Assembly (NCBI RefSeq): GCF_000400465.1
Contig: NW_008806284.1
Location: 206,001 to 268,000, forward strand
Length of the DNA stretch: 62,000 nucleotides
Reading direction: 5' to 3'
DNA from: Wallemia ichthyophaga EXF-994
Lineage: Eukaryota; Fungi; Basidiomycota
Shown: piece after piece, positions 47,102-58,647 of the stretch
How the letters are laid out: every line of letters begins with the position of its first letter
How positions within the stretch are numbered: position 1 is the first letter of the stretch
The notes under the pieces: model-generated
Told to the model about the DNA's origin: nothing
What the model saw: only the letters and a program-made list of their open reading frames with translations
Databases searched by the model: none
Translations under genes and position numbers: made by a program

Positions 47102-48265
47102 CTAATAATCACCTATCATAATCTTAATAGCGGGCCTTCCATTCTCATCTTTGCCATTTGAAAGTGTCTCGAAGGCGTTTTTGCTGTCGCTGAGTTTAAA
47201 TTTGTGAGTGACGAGCGAATCAGCCGATGCGAGCTTGTTAGCAGCGAACATTTCAAGAGCATCGTCGTACGTGTTTGAATACCTGAAAACGCCAACTAAA
47301 TCGACTTCTCTAAATGCTGCCGCCGATACCGGCAATGTGGCATTTGGGGTTCCCATACCGATGTAAACAACTTTTCCACCGGCTTTGGCTGCATAAATCG
47401 CAGCTTGCATACATGTTTCCACACCTGTACACTCAAACACTACATCGTAGCCATCACTACTGGACTGTCCGAGTATGCTATCAGCTGTGTTCTTTGAAAT
47501 TTCAAGCGATTCCGCGGGCGACGAAGGACGTGGTCCAAGAGGGAGCAGAACAGTGTTATCAGCGAAGCTCTTTTCCAATGCGAATTTAAGTCTGTTCTCA
47601 TCAATATCTATTACCGTGACCTTAGTTGCACCCTGTGCCTTGACGACCGAAGCAGCCAGTAAACCTACGGCACCAGCGCCAAAGATGGCAACATGGTGAC
47701 CTGCTCTAACCCCAGAACGTCTACTTCCATGCAAGACGACACTCAATGGCTCCACCAGCGAAGCTTGCTCGAACGACACATTATCAGGCATTTTGTGCAA
47801 GAGTCTAGCAGGATGAGTGAAACACGTCTGGAGAGTTCCATCCAAGTGCGGATATGTTTTGGCCGATGAAGCAAACCTCAACCCCGGACAGAGGTTGTAT
47901 CTGCCACTCTTACACAGGCTGCAACTCGAGCAGTAAATACCGGCTTCAATGGCCACCCTGTCACCTGGCTGGATGTGCGACACGCCTTTACCGACAGAGG
48001 TGACGATTCCGGCAGCCTCATGTCCCATAGCGAGTGGCTCCCGTATCACGAAGTCCCCGTTGCGGCCATGACGGTAGTAGTGCAGATCTGAGCCACACAG
48101 CCCAGTTGCTTTGACGTCTACTTGGGCGTCGAGCTCTCCAACTTGCACAGCTGGACGTACTTCCTAAAGATCATCAGTGTCTTGGAGAACAGAGCCGGCG
48201 TTACTCACGAGTCGCAAGTCCTTTGCGCCGTGAAGTGTAGCAATAAGATTTGTTTGGGTGGACAT
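47102..48265 (-). CDS. Zn-dependent sorbitol/xylitol dehydrogenase (MDR family), one intron
   Basis: MSTQTNLIATLHGAKDLRL|..., CGSDLHYY, GHEAAG, CxxCxxCx7C (CSSCSLCKSGRYNLC), GAGAVG. Confidence 0.9.
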
Positions 48266-48652
48266 GATGAGTTTATTGAAGAAAGGGAGGCATAGTGGTC
48301 AGTTTTACCGACTTGATGGAGTTCGTCCCGGTAGTACGAGAATGTCGGACATGACAATTCATTGAAAGGGTTTCAAAAGTTGCTTGCAGGACGCCGCGTG
48401 GTCAATTTATGTTACGTTGAAATTTATACTATTTTTAAAGAATTACCTGTAATCTTTGGCTGTCGTCATCTTCCGGGTTTATCGCAGATAGGATGAGCTC
48501 AGCTACTTGGGCGAAATCATCTAGCTCGGCAGTATTTATTACGTTAATCTTATCACATCGAAGCTATACAGTACAATACAAAACTGTTTTCAGCTGCAGC
48601 TTTCGTAAAGAAATGAATAGAGTGAAATGAAATACTGCAGGATTGCAGACTT

Positions 48653-49738
48653 TCAAAGGCCATCACCAACGTACCTAGCAATACAGTTAGCTTCATACCC
48701 TAAAAAACACACACAACTCACCATTTCTGGGTCCATCTTCTGTCAAAGTCATCGTCTGGATTAACAAAACGCAAATCAGTGCTGAGTCTGATCTTCTCTG
48801 TTTCGTTCACAGACGACGCGTGGATCATGAATGGCTGGTGGAATACCACGTCCCCGTCCTCGAAGTTGGTCATAAGCCACTTCCTTCCGTACACCTTACC
48901 GAAGCCCTGTGCATCGTCTGAGAGGATACCTCCGCGCATCATATTGCTGTTGAAAGCTGACAGACGTTCTTGTGGTGTGAAAGATTTAGCTCTTTCGCTA
49001 AAGTCATTCTCAATTTCCCTGCCAATCTCGTGTGACTTGTCCAGGTAGATCAAGCTCCCACCATTAGCTGCACATGAGCCAATCGGGACCCAGGCGGTCA
49101 AGCTAGTTGGGAGAGCGCCGCGCAGAAATATCTGATCATAATGCACTGCCGTAGCCTCAGAGCCCTTTATGTTTGTCCTGAGCATCTGGCGCTGCAGGAG
49201 GAGAATATTCTCCCAGTCCGTAATCTTACGTACAAAATTATAAAGCTCTGTAAGATTGTCTATTAGAAAGTCAATGCGCGCCGTAAGTCAACCTACCTGG
49301 TATCTTCTGAAATTCTTCGTAGAAATCCGCGTAATGAGCTTCAGTGGCTTTAGTTAAGAACTCGATCTGTTGCGGATCAAGGGTGCCCTCGCCCGTAGCT
49401 GCTGATCCCGGTCCACCGTACTTCTTGGGATCGCCACCTACAAAGATGCCATCAACTGGATCGGTACCCTCCTTGAGCACGCCTGTGCACTTAACAAAGT
49501 CGAAGTACGCTCTCCTCATGTTCTTCACTGCCTCGACCGGCAGCAGCCCCTTCACCAGTACATATCCGTCCTTTATGTACCTCTCCTTGATCAACTCAAC
49601 GGGAGCATCCTTTGAGGTCTCCTTTAGCCAACCAATATTTTCATCTTCGATTGCTCCACCGTTGCTCGTTAATTTAAAGCCTTTTTCCGGTGGTGTGTAT
49701 ACAGGTAAATCGACGCTACGTGCTACTTCTACTGACAT
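48653..49738 (-). CDS. Phytanoyl-CoA dioxygenase (PhyH)-like Fe(II)/2OG oxygenase, two introns
   Basis: ERYIKDGYVLVKGLL, HYD iron motif (TAVHYDQIFLR), LTAWVPIG, GDVVFH, distal His in MIHAS, RLSTDLRF; last exon W|YVGDGL*. Confidence 0.85.
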
Positions 49739-49920
49739 TGTGATACTATGTACTTGATGAGATTAAACGCAAGAGCTATTCATCACACTTAAATACCGTT
49801 TAAGCCCATCCAAATCGGTTTTTCAAATTCGCTGACGTCACGAGATAGAATAATCGGATCTTTAACAAAACCTACATTGTCGGTTCGGAATTTTAGATAA
49901 ATTGCAATAATGATACAAAT

Positions 49921-52900
49921 TCAGTTTTTATTCTTAAATCTGTGATGAATAGTGGTCAGTTAATACTTTAAACAAGTATAAAAAAAAAACCCACGACAAT
50001 CGGATATCAGTTTGGGTATAGTGTAATCCTTCAAGACCGGCAAAACATGCGGCAATCAGCTGGTTCCAGTCATTAGACCAGGCAACAAGGTAGTCTTCTA
50101 GCGCTTTCCACACGATTTCGATGACCTTAAAGACCTCATTATATCCGACTTCGTCTTCGATGTTAACGTCAAAGTGCTTTTCAACTCGCTTGCGCAAAGC
50201 TTCTGTTGACTTTCTTAGATCTTTGGCTGTAAAGTCTCGCACTATTCTCTTGTACACACTTTTACCAAACGTGGGATGACTAATCATTTCGGACGCTTTG
50301 GTTGTCTTGAGTGCCTTCTCCAGACCCTCAAAGTAGTCTATTTGTTTGTGCAGATGTCTTTTCCATAGCAGCTTCACGTACGATTCCATGTGTGAGCTAT
50401 AGAGCGACTCGGCTGTCACCATGAACGAAGAGAGTGGTTTCATTGGCTTAGCTTTGAACGATTGCAGGAAGTGATGGGAATTTGCTATCATAATGACCTG
50501 CAAATGTTTCAGTCAGTGAACCACCTCCGAAAAAACCCCCACCCACATGCAAATTGAGTGCACCTTTATCCTCGCCATTGACATCTACACTTTCCTCCTC
50601 CTTGGCAATTTGCTTGAGCGAGTCAAACACTTTGCCGATAATCTTATCATAAGCGTCGTTGACGTTCTGGCGTATTTCCATATTGTCGCCCACTATAGAG
50701 AGCTGAGCTTCAATCCTGCCCACAAAAGAAGGTATAATCCGAATGAACGGTGCTACACCCATGCGCTTCTTTGTCGTCAGTTTTGTGTTCTCAATCGCTC
50801 TTATCTGCTCCGAAATGTACTTGGAAAACATATTGTTCAGTCGCATTTTTTGCTTTTTGAGAAGTGAGTGGAGGTAAGGCTGATCTTTGTTGTAAGCATC
50901 CTTCATTGATTTCTCAAGCTGTACAATTATGCCGACTATTTGCCTGTAGCCCAGGTTTTAGAAGAGAAGTGAGTGTAAAAAAACTTACATATTGTCTTTG
51001 ACAAGTGCACCATCTATCCACGATTGCAGGGCCGGAGATAAGAATGAGAATATCGCTTCAAATGCACTCTTGAGGTCAGAAAGCGGTCCAAAGTTAACAG
51101 CACTGAGTGAATCTCTTGCTTTACGTTTGAATGCATCTTCCAAATCGACATATTCCGCGAATGTGGGCGGTGTGTCGAGAATAGCGAGCAAGTCTTGTAA
51201 AAAAACCTCTTCATTCTTCATTTGGGTAGAGATTTGCGTAAGTATTTTTGCTAGCGATTCGTGTGCAGGTATATCGCCCTTTTTGTTATTTTTGGTATCT
51301 AAGCGCTTCTCAGGACGCTTACGACCAGGCTGACTATTGAATCCGTCAATTGGATTGGAAAAGTTAGCATCACTCTCCTCATCTGTGGCTTTGTGGTTGA
51401 GATTTTCATATACCTTCAAAAGTTTGGACATTTCTCTATTGTGTAACTCAGCCGCCGAGCTAAAATAGTTATCACATACTTCCTTGTAGCGATTTTTATC
51501 CATCTCCCTTAGAAAAAGCACCAGACCACAATACCTTCCGAGGTACGATTCCATCTTTTCATGCGATTTAATGATAGGCTTGGCTTCAGAGATTTGTCTT
51601 CCTGCGTCGTTGAGGAGATTGTCGACTTGGAACTTGAACATGATCGAAAGATAGTCGAGCATACGTTTGGCGAATTGCAGAGTGATAGTTCTATACTCGC
51701 TGACACGCTTCTCGTCAACGTCGGGTTGGTCATCATTTGCTTTAATGGCTTTGTAGAGAGTAGCAGCAGCTCTCTCCAGCGCCTCAATACCCTTGTCATT
51801 CTCAAGACTCTCCTTGGTCAACACTATCAAATCGGCCTGATCGACGTCAACATTTGGTGGAGATAATTGGTCTAGTTTTTCAATTTCATTGAGTAGCGCT
51901 TGCTCGTTGTTTATTTGCGTTTGTTTGCCTCGTTGTGATTCAATGTAGCTGATATCTTCACCAACGAGCATAAGATGTGCTCTAAATTTACTAACCAATG
52001 CATCCATATCATCCAGCTCTGCAAGATTTGAGTCGAGGTAATCAAATAAGTAGTCGATGGTATCAACCTGGTCAGAAACAATCGACCTGATCATCGCAGC
52101 TTCGGCGTTGTTGATTTCGTTTGTGAGGGATTGTTCATCTTGTTGACTAATTGCAGAGGAGTCAATATGTGCAGCACTTCTAAGAGATCTCCAGTTTGCA
52201 CCGCCCAAAGCTTCATCAATTTGTTGTATGTCGTTGTACGATTCTGAGGTCGAAGTGTGAGAGTTCTTTCTTGCGAGCGAAGAAAAAGCATCGCCTAAAG
52301 AAGTGTCCGAAGGTCTTGAGAACTTTCTTTTATGAGAACGTTTCTGGATGATTGGGGAGGGAGAGTTATCGAAAGACTGCCTTGGGGTGAGTTTGCTGGT
52401 ATTGAGGCTGAGTTGAGGAGGGGGGACAGGTGGAGAAGGAGGAGTTGGGGAGGCTGCGATAGGGGAAGCAACAGCTGGAGAAGATTGTTTCTGTAAGGGA
52501 GGTATTGGTGAAGATTGTTGGGGTTTTGGTGGCGGTGATACTTGTGTCTGTGGTGATACTTGCTGATGCTGAGGAATTGGGGATAATCGATGTTTTTGTG
52601 GTTGAGAGAGAGTTGGTGGAGGTTGCTGTTGTGGCTGGGGTGGCTGTTGTGGCTGCTGTGGTGGTGAATTTGGTTGCTGAAGCGACGGTTTGGGTTTTTG
52701 CTGTGGTTGTTGTGGTTGCTGGAGTGGTTGGTAAGGTTGCTTGTGCGATTGTTGTGACTGCTGCGACTGCTTCGATTGTTTTGGCTCAGACTGCTGGTGA
52801 ATAGGTGGCTGTTGACGTTTTCTATGTTGTGTATGTTGATTGTGCTGTGTGTTATGTGTGTTATGTGTGTTATGTGTGCTACCTGTGCTTTGTGTGTGCT

Positions 52901-53357
52901 CTGTGTGCTGTCTGCTGTGAGAATTGTCTGAGACATCCGGTCTACTTGGTTTTAAACTAAGAGGTGTGGTTGAATTGTAATGATTTAGAAGTGAAATCTT
53001 ATTATCATAATGAGCATTGTAGTTATTTACTATCGCATCTAAAAAAGGTTTTAATTCAGTAACCCTTTCTGCTTTCCACTGATAAGACTTAGATAAAGTA
53101 AGCTTAAAAGTGTCATAATTGAGCAATTCAACCTTTAAAAGTGCATTTAATAGCCAGAATTTTCCAATAGAGAACGTCCCATTAGAGTTTCTCTTTGATT
53201 TATAGAGAACTGGATGATTCTGGTGAGTATCAAAGGCTAGAAGGAGGTAGCGTGGCTTTGGTGGATCGCCGGGCTCTATAATTTTACAGTGGCTCAAATA
53301 TCTATCCTTGCTGAGACCGGAAAACAGAGAAGATTTAATTTGATCAGATATTTCCAT
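49921..53357 (-). CDS. SEC3: Exocyst subunit Sec3 (N-terminal PH-like domain, Q/P-rich linker, helical C-terminus), multi-exon
   Basis: KPRYLLLA...KSKRNSNGTFSIGKFWLL; LAELDDMD...DISYIESQ..G.Q.Q..NEQALL; KLTTKKRMGVAPFIRI. Confidence 0.88.
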
Positions 53358-53389
53358 TTCCACGATGACTGTCTGCTTGGAACAGTCAG

Positions 53390-54010
53390 ATGCAATCATC
53401 AAACACTCACTTAGCAAGGCAGTTACAGCAACTCAAAAAATATCCAGTTCAAGGATTTAGCGCTGGATTGGTTGATGACAATAATTTATATGAATGGGAG
53501 ATTATCCTAATAGGTCCTGTAGATACTCTATATGAGGGTGCAATATTGAAGGCAAAATTATACTTCCCAGAGGTTAGTGGGGGAAATCTATGAGTCTATG
53601 TGTACTCAAAGAGTCCCAGGAATACCCATTGCTCCCTCCAAAAATGAAGTTCTTGTCTGAATTGTGGCATCCATCGAGTGGGTTGAGACATATATGTGTA
53701 AAAACAATACTAATAGCATTAAATCAAAGTCTATAACACTCCAGATAGAAAAGGGGAAGTTTGTATTTCAATTCTACACCCACCTGGTGATGATGAATGG
53801 GGTTGGGAGGATGCCTCAGAGAGGTGGTTGCCAGTCCACTCAGTTGAATCAATTCTAATCTCAGTTATTTCCCTCTTGTCTTCAGATACACCTTGTACTG
53901 ACTCACCTGCAAACGTAGACGCTGCAAAACAAGTTAGAGAGGATTTAACTGGATATAGAAAAACAGTACGTAGATTGGCAAGAAAGTCAGCAGAGGATAT
54001 TTGGGAGTGA
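53390..54010 (+). CDS. Ubiquitin-conjugating enzyme, UBE2G/Ubc7 class, two introns
   Basis: [17 protein letters not shown]...[13 protein letters not shown]...[33 protein letters not shown] (acidic-loop insertion). Confidence 0.9.
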
Positions 54011-54308
54011 ATTTGGTACACCAAGTATCAATATTTATATCTCAGTTGAATATAAATCACGTTAAATCAAGTTTGTTTAAAACTGTCGTCATCATGAATT
54101 CTGCATATATATTAGTTTCTGTGTTAGTTTGGATTTTAAGGTTGTAAATTAGTCTAATCAGTCACCACCAGACAGCCACTCTCCCCCAACGCTCAAATAA
54201 CAGACACAGGATTCAAACAAATCTTAAACTCATCTTTAATTTCTTTATATGGGGTTGTAAATGGAAGTATACACGTTGATGTCATTGCAGTTACAGATAA
54301 ACTATCAA

Positions 54309-54563
54309 ATGGCTTACAGAAAGTTGGACTCAAATGTGCGCAGGAGTGAGTGACATCGGAGTGTCTAGGAGTAAAAGTCTTATCCCCCTCTCAGACACGC
54401 TCAGCAGGTCAAGAATAGCCTCAGTACTGCTTCAACCACTTCTACGAGATTCTTCGATGACTCCTTCAAGATAAGTGTTGTTGATTCTGGCAATACACCA
54501 ACTATACTCCAACCAATAACAGAATTTGAATACAAGCAAGCACAATTAGCACAATTCAAATGA
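54309..54563 (+). CDS. Possible small spliced ORF (about 60 aa), not in the ORF track
   Basis: ATG 54309 MAYRKLDSN, donor gtgcgc or gtgagt, pyrimidine tract then cag, open frame VKNSLST...EFEYKQAQLAQFK* to 54563. Confidence 0.3.
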
Positions 54564-55084
54564 GCTTTGAGCTGTGCGATTTGGCGTGGTCAACTGATCA
54601 CACCACACCAACGATTCCTAAAGTCTCCGCACCGTCGGCATCAATTGAATTATATTAGACACAAATTAAACCCTCAAAATTAGTAAATGCACGCACTGAA
54701 CAATATTATTATAATTTTAATTACCCTGCCGCACATAATCGATGCGTGCCGCTGTAGCTGAGTGAAATGAAGACCCCAAAATTCGAATGTGACAGCTGCC
54801 ATAGAGATTGCGAGGGCGCTTAAAGGGCTAAGCGAGTTGATATATAAAACCCTCTGTCAGTGAGACAATTTTTGAGCTAGTAATTAATTTGGAACCTGTG
54901 TGCCTTCGGGCGTCGCGTGGCGTGCGTTAGTGGAGTGACAGGAGGTCGGAGCATTTACAGCGGATAAGAATATCCAGTGAGAATACTATGAAACTTCTGT
55001 CCCAGACAATTGCAAGCGTCGCTTGCTCGGTTAACGTAAGATCCGTGTTTTGGGGAGATTTATCATGCAAATTAAATTGATCGT

Positions 55085-55790
55085 ATGTCTCCCACAACCA
55101 ACACGATGATTGTACATCTCCCAAGCAGTTATCATGTACATAAAACGAAAGACGGTGACGAGGTAGAGCTCGTTGATAAACACAAGGGTGGCCATTGGCT
55201 GTTGAAGAGTTTAAGCGAAAAGAACACTTTAAGCTTGATAGATCCAGCAGAAAGACTGTATGCACACTCGAAGCAGCATGGATTCGATTATGAAGTTAAC
55301 TTATCAAATGGTCGCGTCAACATTGATAGGGATAGTTACTTTAACAGTTTGAGCTACTTGTTTGCGTTGCCTTCTGGAGTAAATTGCTCAGTAAAGTCAA
55401 GTGATTTTTACAATCTTAGAGTGGTTGACTTGGAAACGGATAAGACACTGGCTACCTATTCGAAGCATAAGCACGGATTATCACTTCACAAGTACTCGAC
55501 GTTGAAAATAAATCCTGATTTGTCAGATCACGATAAGTTGCTGCTTATTATGGTTTGTCTGCAGGTGAGTGAAGTAAACTGAGACATTCTACATTAATGC
55601 TTACAAAGATGAACAGATGAGCAGAATTGAAAGGCAACCAAAGTCAAATCATCATCATCACTTGAAGCAGCTATTGCCACTATCTTCATCTACTAGCTCA
55701 CTGAGTTCCTTAACATCACTCAATAACTTTCTCCATTCTCATACGTCGAGTCCTTCTAGCTCACCTAAGCTACACAAAAACTCAATATGA
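55085..55790 (+). CDS. Hypothetical protein, possibly tubby-C/LURP-like; one intron
   Basis: 165-aa ORF ending at donor cag|gtgagt; acceptor gaacag gives a Ser/His-rich last exon ending TGA 55790. Confidence 0.55.
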
Positions 55791-55931
55791 AAAACATTCA
55801 AGAAAAACTTGATATACCCAACTGATGCTGATTTCAACTTACGATATAAACTCATGACATATGCAATTTGTAACAGAACTGTATAACTTATTTTGTAGCA
55901 AATATTTGAATAAAAATAGATGAAAAACAAT

Positions 55932-56693
55932 TCAAACAATAGTTTCAAGTTCTTTAGCGTAATTGAGGGAGTGAGATATCATGTTATGAGAAGGAAGTGA
56001 GAACTTTTGCTTTTCAATGCCAGTTATGCTGTTTAGGTCTTTGAAGATGACGTGTTGGGTGGAAGGGGAAATGGTCCAACCTCTGGAAGTAGCGAATTGA
56101 GTTAGTTGAGCAGGGGAGTTGAAGAAGAGGAGAGTAGCAGCGTCATTGATTGGTAAAGAATCGTAAGCCTTCTCTTCACAGGAAGCGATTTCATTTCTAA
56201 TAGTTTCCAAGAAGGCCAACCAAATCCAATGGCCAGCTAACTCAATTTCAGGCTTTGAATCCCAAACTTTGCTGTAAGAACCTTCCATGATCCATCTTTC
56301 TAATTTAATGGGAGTTTGAATGTGAAAGTTGGATAATAAGTGGATAGGGATAGACTCAAGGAGGGTGTGGAAGTCAGAGATTCTATTTTGAGTGAGATAT
56401 ATGAGTAATTGTAGGGCAATGATCTTTGGTTGATTGGTGGAGTCGTTTGTAAGTGACCAGAAAGGGTTCAATAGGTTTATATAGCGTTCGAAAGATTTCA
56501 AATCTTGTGAGGTGATTGAGTGGAGTGCACCAACTTCTAATATATCCCTAGAAACTTGTAAATCGACCATATCACTTCTAGTTGAGGGGATAAGTAGATT
56601 CGACTGTGACATTAGAAGTTTTGCTTCGTTTAAGCCCTCAACAACACGCTCTCCTTTTTCTATTCTCTGTTTTATTTCAAATAATTTTGACAT
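55932..56693 (-). CDS. RPN12: 26S proteasome lid subunit Rpn12
   Basis: RDILEVGALHSI...SFERY, LLIYLTQNRISDFHTLLE, PIKLERWIMEGSYSKVW, TIRNEIASCEEKAY, SLNYAKELETIV. Confidence 0.92.
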   Translation of the reverse strand: MSKLFEIKQRIEKGERVVEGLNEAKLLMSQSNLLIPSTRSDMVDLQVSRDILEVGALHSITSQDLKSFERYINLLNPFWSLTNDSTNQPKIIALQLLIYLTQNRISDFHTLLESIPIHLLSNFHIQTPIKLERWIMEGSYSKVWDSKPEIELAGHWIWLAFLETIRNEIASCEEKAYDSLPINDAATLLFFNSPAQLTQFATSRGWTISPSTQHVIFKDLNSITGIEKQKFSLPSHNMISHSLNYAKELETIV

Positions 56694-56776
56694 GATGGTT
56701 GTGCTAGTCCAAGATTACGATTACGTATACCCAGCACTCAGACAGCCATCAACTAAATTATAATTTAATATAAAAA

Positions 56777-57566
56777 ATGGATTTACGCAGCGCTATGACA
56801 CATGCAGACGCCCAAAGATTAAAGAAGGGTGAAGTAAACCTTGGTACATCGATTATGGCAGTTGAATTTGAAGGTGGAGTTGTCATCGGTGCTGATTCAA
56901 GGACTACGATGGGCAGTTATATCGTGGGTTTTGATTGGTCAAACGTTATCCACGCCTTACGCCTCCTCTCTACAGGCTAACAGAGTCACCGATAAACTGA
57001 CTCACATTCATGATCGCATTTATTGCTGTAGATCTGGTTCAGCTGCTGATACTCAAGCGGTGGCTGATATCGTTGCATATCACTTATCCATGTTCTCGGT
57101 TCAACAAGGTGAAAGACCAAATACACACACCGCTGCTGCATTATTCAATCAACTCTGTTACGGCAATAAGGATAGGTTATCTGCTGGTATCATTGTTGCT
57201 GGTTATGACAAGGAAAATGGCGGTAGCGTCTACAATATACCCCTCGGTGGTGGTATGTTTAAGCAACCATGGGCAATCGGTGGTAGTGGCTCTACTTACG
57301 TTTACGGTTATTGTGATGCAACCTACAAAGATGGAATGAACAAAGATGAAACTGTTCATTTCGTTAAGAACACTCTCGCTCTCGCCATGTCTAGAGATGG
57401 TAGCTCTGGTGGGACTATTAGAATGTGTGTCATTACTGATGATGGTGTACAACGCCTATTCGTACCTGGAAATGAATTACCTCAATTCTGGGAACCTCAA
57501 GTAAATGTAAACAAACCGGCTCATCAACTAGCCATGGAAGCTGAAGGTGATATTATGGTTCATTAA
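56777..57566 (+). CDS. PRE3: 20S proteasome beta-1 subunit, one intron
   Basis: Propeptide then [29 protein letters not shown]|ANRVTDKLT...[24 protein letters not shown]. Confidence 0.95.
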
Positions 57567-57668
57567 AATGGCTCAATTTATCTTTTTGTAAGAATACACG
57601 TAGTTTTTATATTAAGATTCTTTTAATACGCTTTTCAACCACGCTTTCTACCATTACATGCCTCATAT

Positions 57669-58539
57669 ATGCCTGCATACGCAGACAATTATCCTGCATC
57701 TACAAACAATGGCCCTGTTATTCTCACTATAGACGGTTTAAATGAGGAGTCTTGTGAAACTGAATATACCATGGAATTAGATGCTATGGATACCGAAACA
57801 GACTCATTAAACGTCGTTGACAACCAAATTGATGATATAATGGCTGTTGATGTACATACCGTGTGTTTGCCCATTTAATGTTCTGCACTTTGTAATTCTT
57901 CTTATTCCCTACAGGACACCTTCCCTTCAAGTGTACTCATCCTCGATACGAACATTCTGATATCCAATCTGGATTTCCTCAAATCTCTCCACTCTCTCCT
58001 TCGCTCAAACCTCTGTCCACCATTCGGTATCGTCGTACCTGATATCGTCATACGCGAACTCGACGCACAGAAAGATAGCAATCGTGGTATATCTCATTTA
58101 TCACGCGCAGCACTAAGTTGGTGTCTTGATTGTGCTAAATCGAGCAATAGTCTGGTTAAATTTGAGAGAAGCAGTCTAATTGATGCTGTGGGTGAGGTAC
58201 ATTACAAAGCTAATAAAGATAACAATAATAAAAATAGGAGAATGATGTGAGCGTAAATTCACACTCTCGAACTTCTCTCACAAGTCCCCTCTCAACCTCC
58301 ACAGGATAGAATCATCGGTTGTGCAGCTCATCTTCAATCTAAAATCGTTGTCTTGCTCTTTACGAATGATAAATCTCTGGCTATCAAAGCCGAGAGTGTT
58401 GGTGGGTAGGTTACCCTCCTTTAACCCTCTCACAACTCTCCCAGGCATTCAAACAATCTCGACTTCAGAAAGTGAAATTTCTCACCTACGTGAGATAGCA
58501 GGTGACAAGTCTTCTCAGGCGTCTAGATATTCAAGCTAA
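57669..58539 (+). CDS. PIN-domain RNase-like protein (Swt1-like), multi-exon
   Basis: VLILDTNILI, VVPDIVIRELD..K, DRIIGCA, LFTNDKSLAIKA (PIN acidic motifs). Confidence 0.75.
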
Positions 58540-58647
58540 CACTAGGTGCTAAATACTTAAAAAAGTAGACTAAACCGTTTATACAAGTCAAATACAAAGA
58601 AAAAAACAACAGTAACACGTGTATTATAAAAATAAGTAGATTATAAA

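Noticed and set aside
47030-47104. Stop-codon readthrough giving a cryptic PTS1 on the sorbitol dehydrogenase
   Set aside because: The stop is TAG ATT rather than the TGA CTA context, and no SKL-like terminus is evident downstream.
24864-49738. Functional link between PEX7 and the PhyH-like gene (mammalian PHYH is a PTS2 cargo)
   Set aside because: They are about 23 kb apart and no PTS2 nonapeptide is seen at the PhyH-like N-terminus.
53324-53335. ACAGAGAAGATT, matching the U6 snRNA box (a METTL16 gene is in the window)
   Set aside because: Only 12 nt, antisense within the SEC3 CDS, and the rest of U6 is absent.
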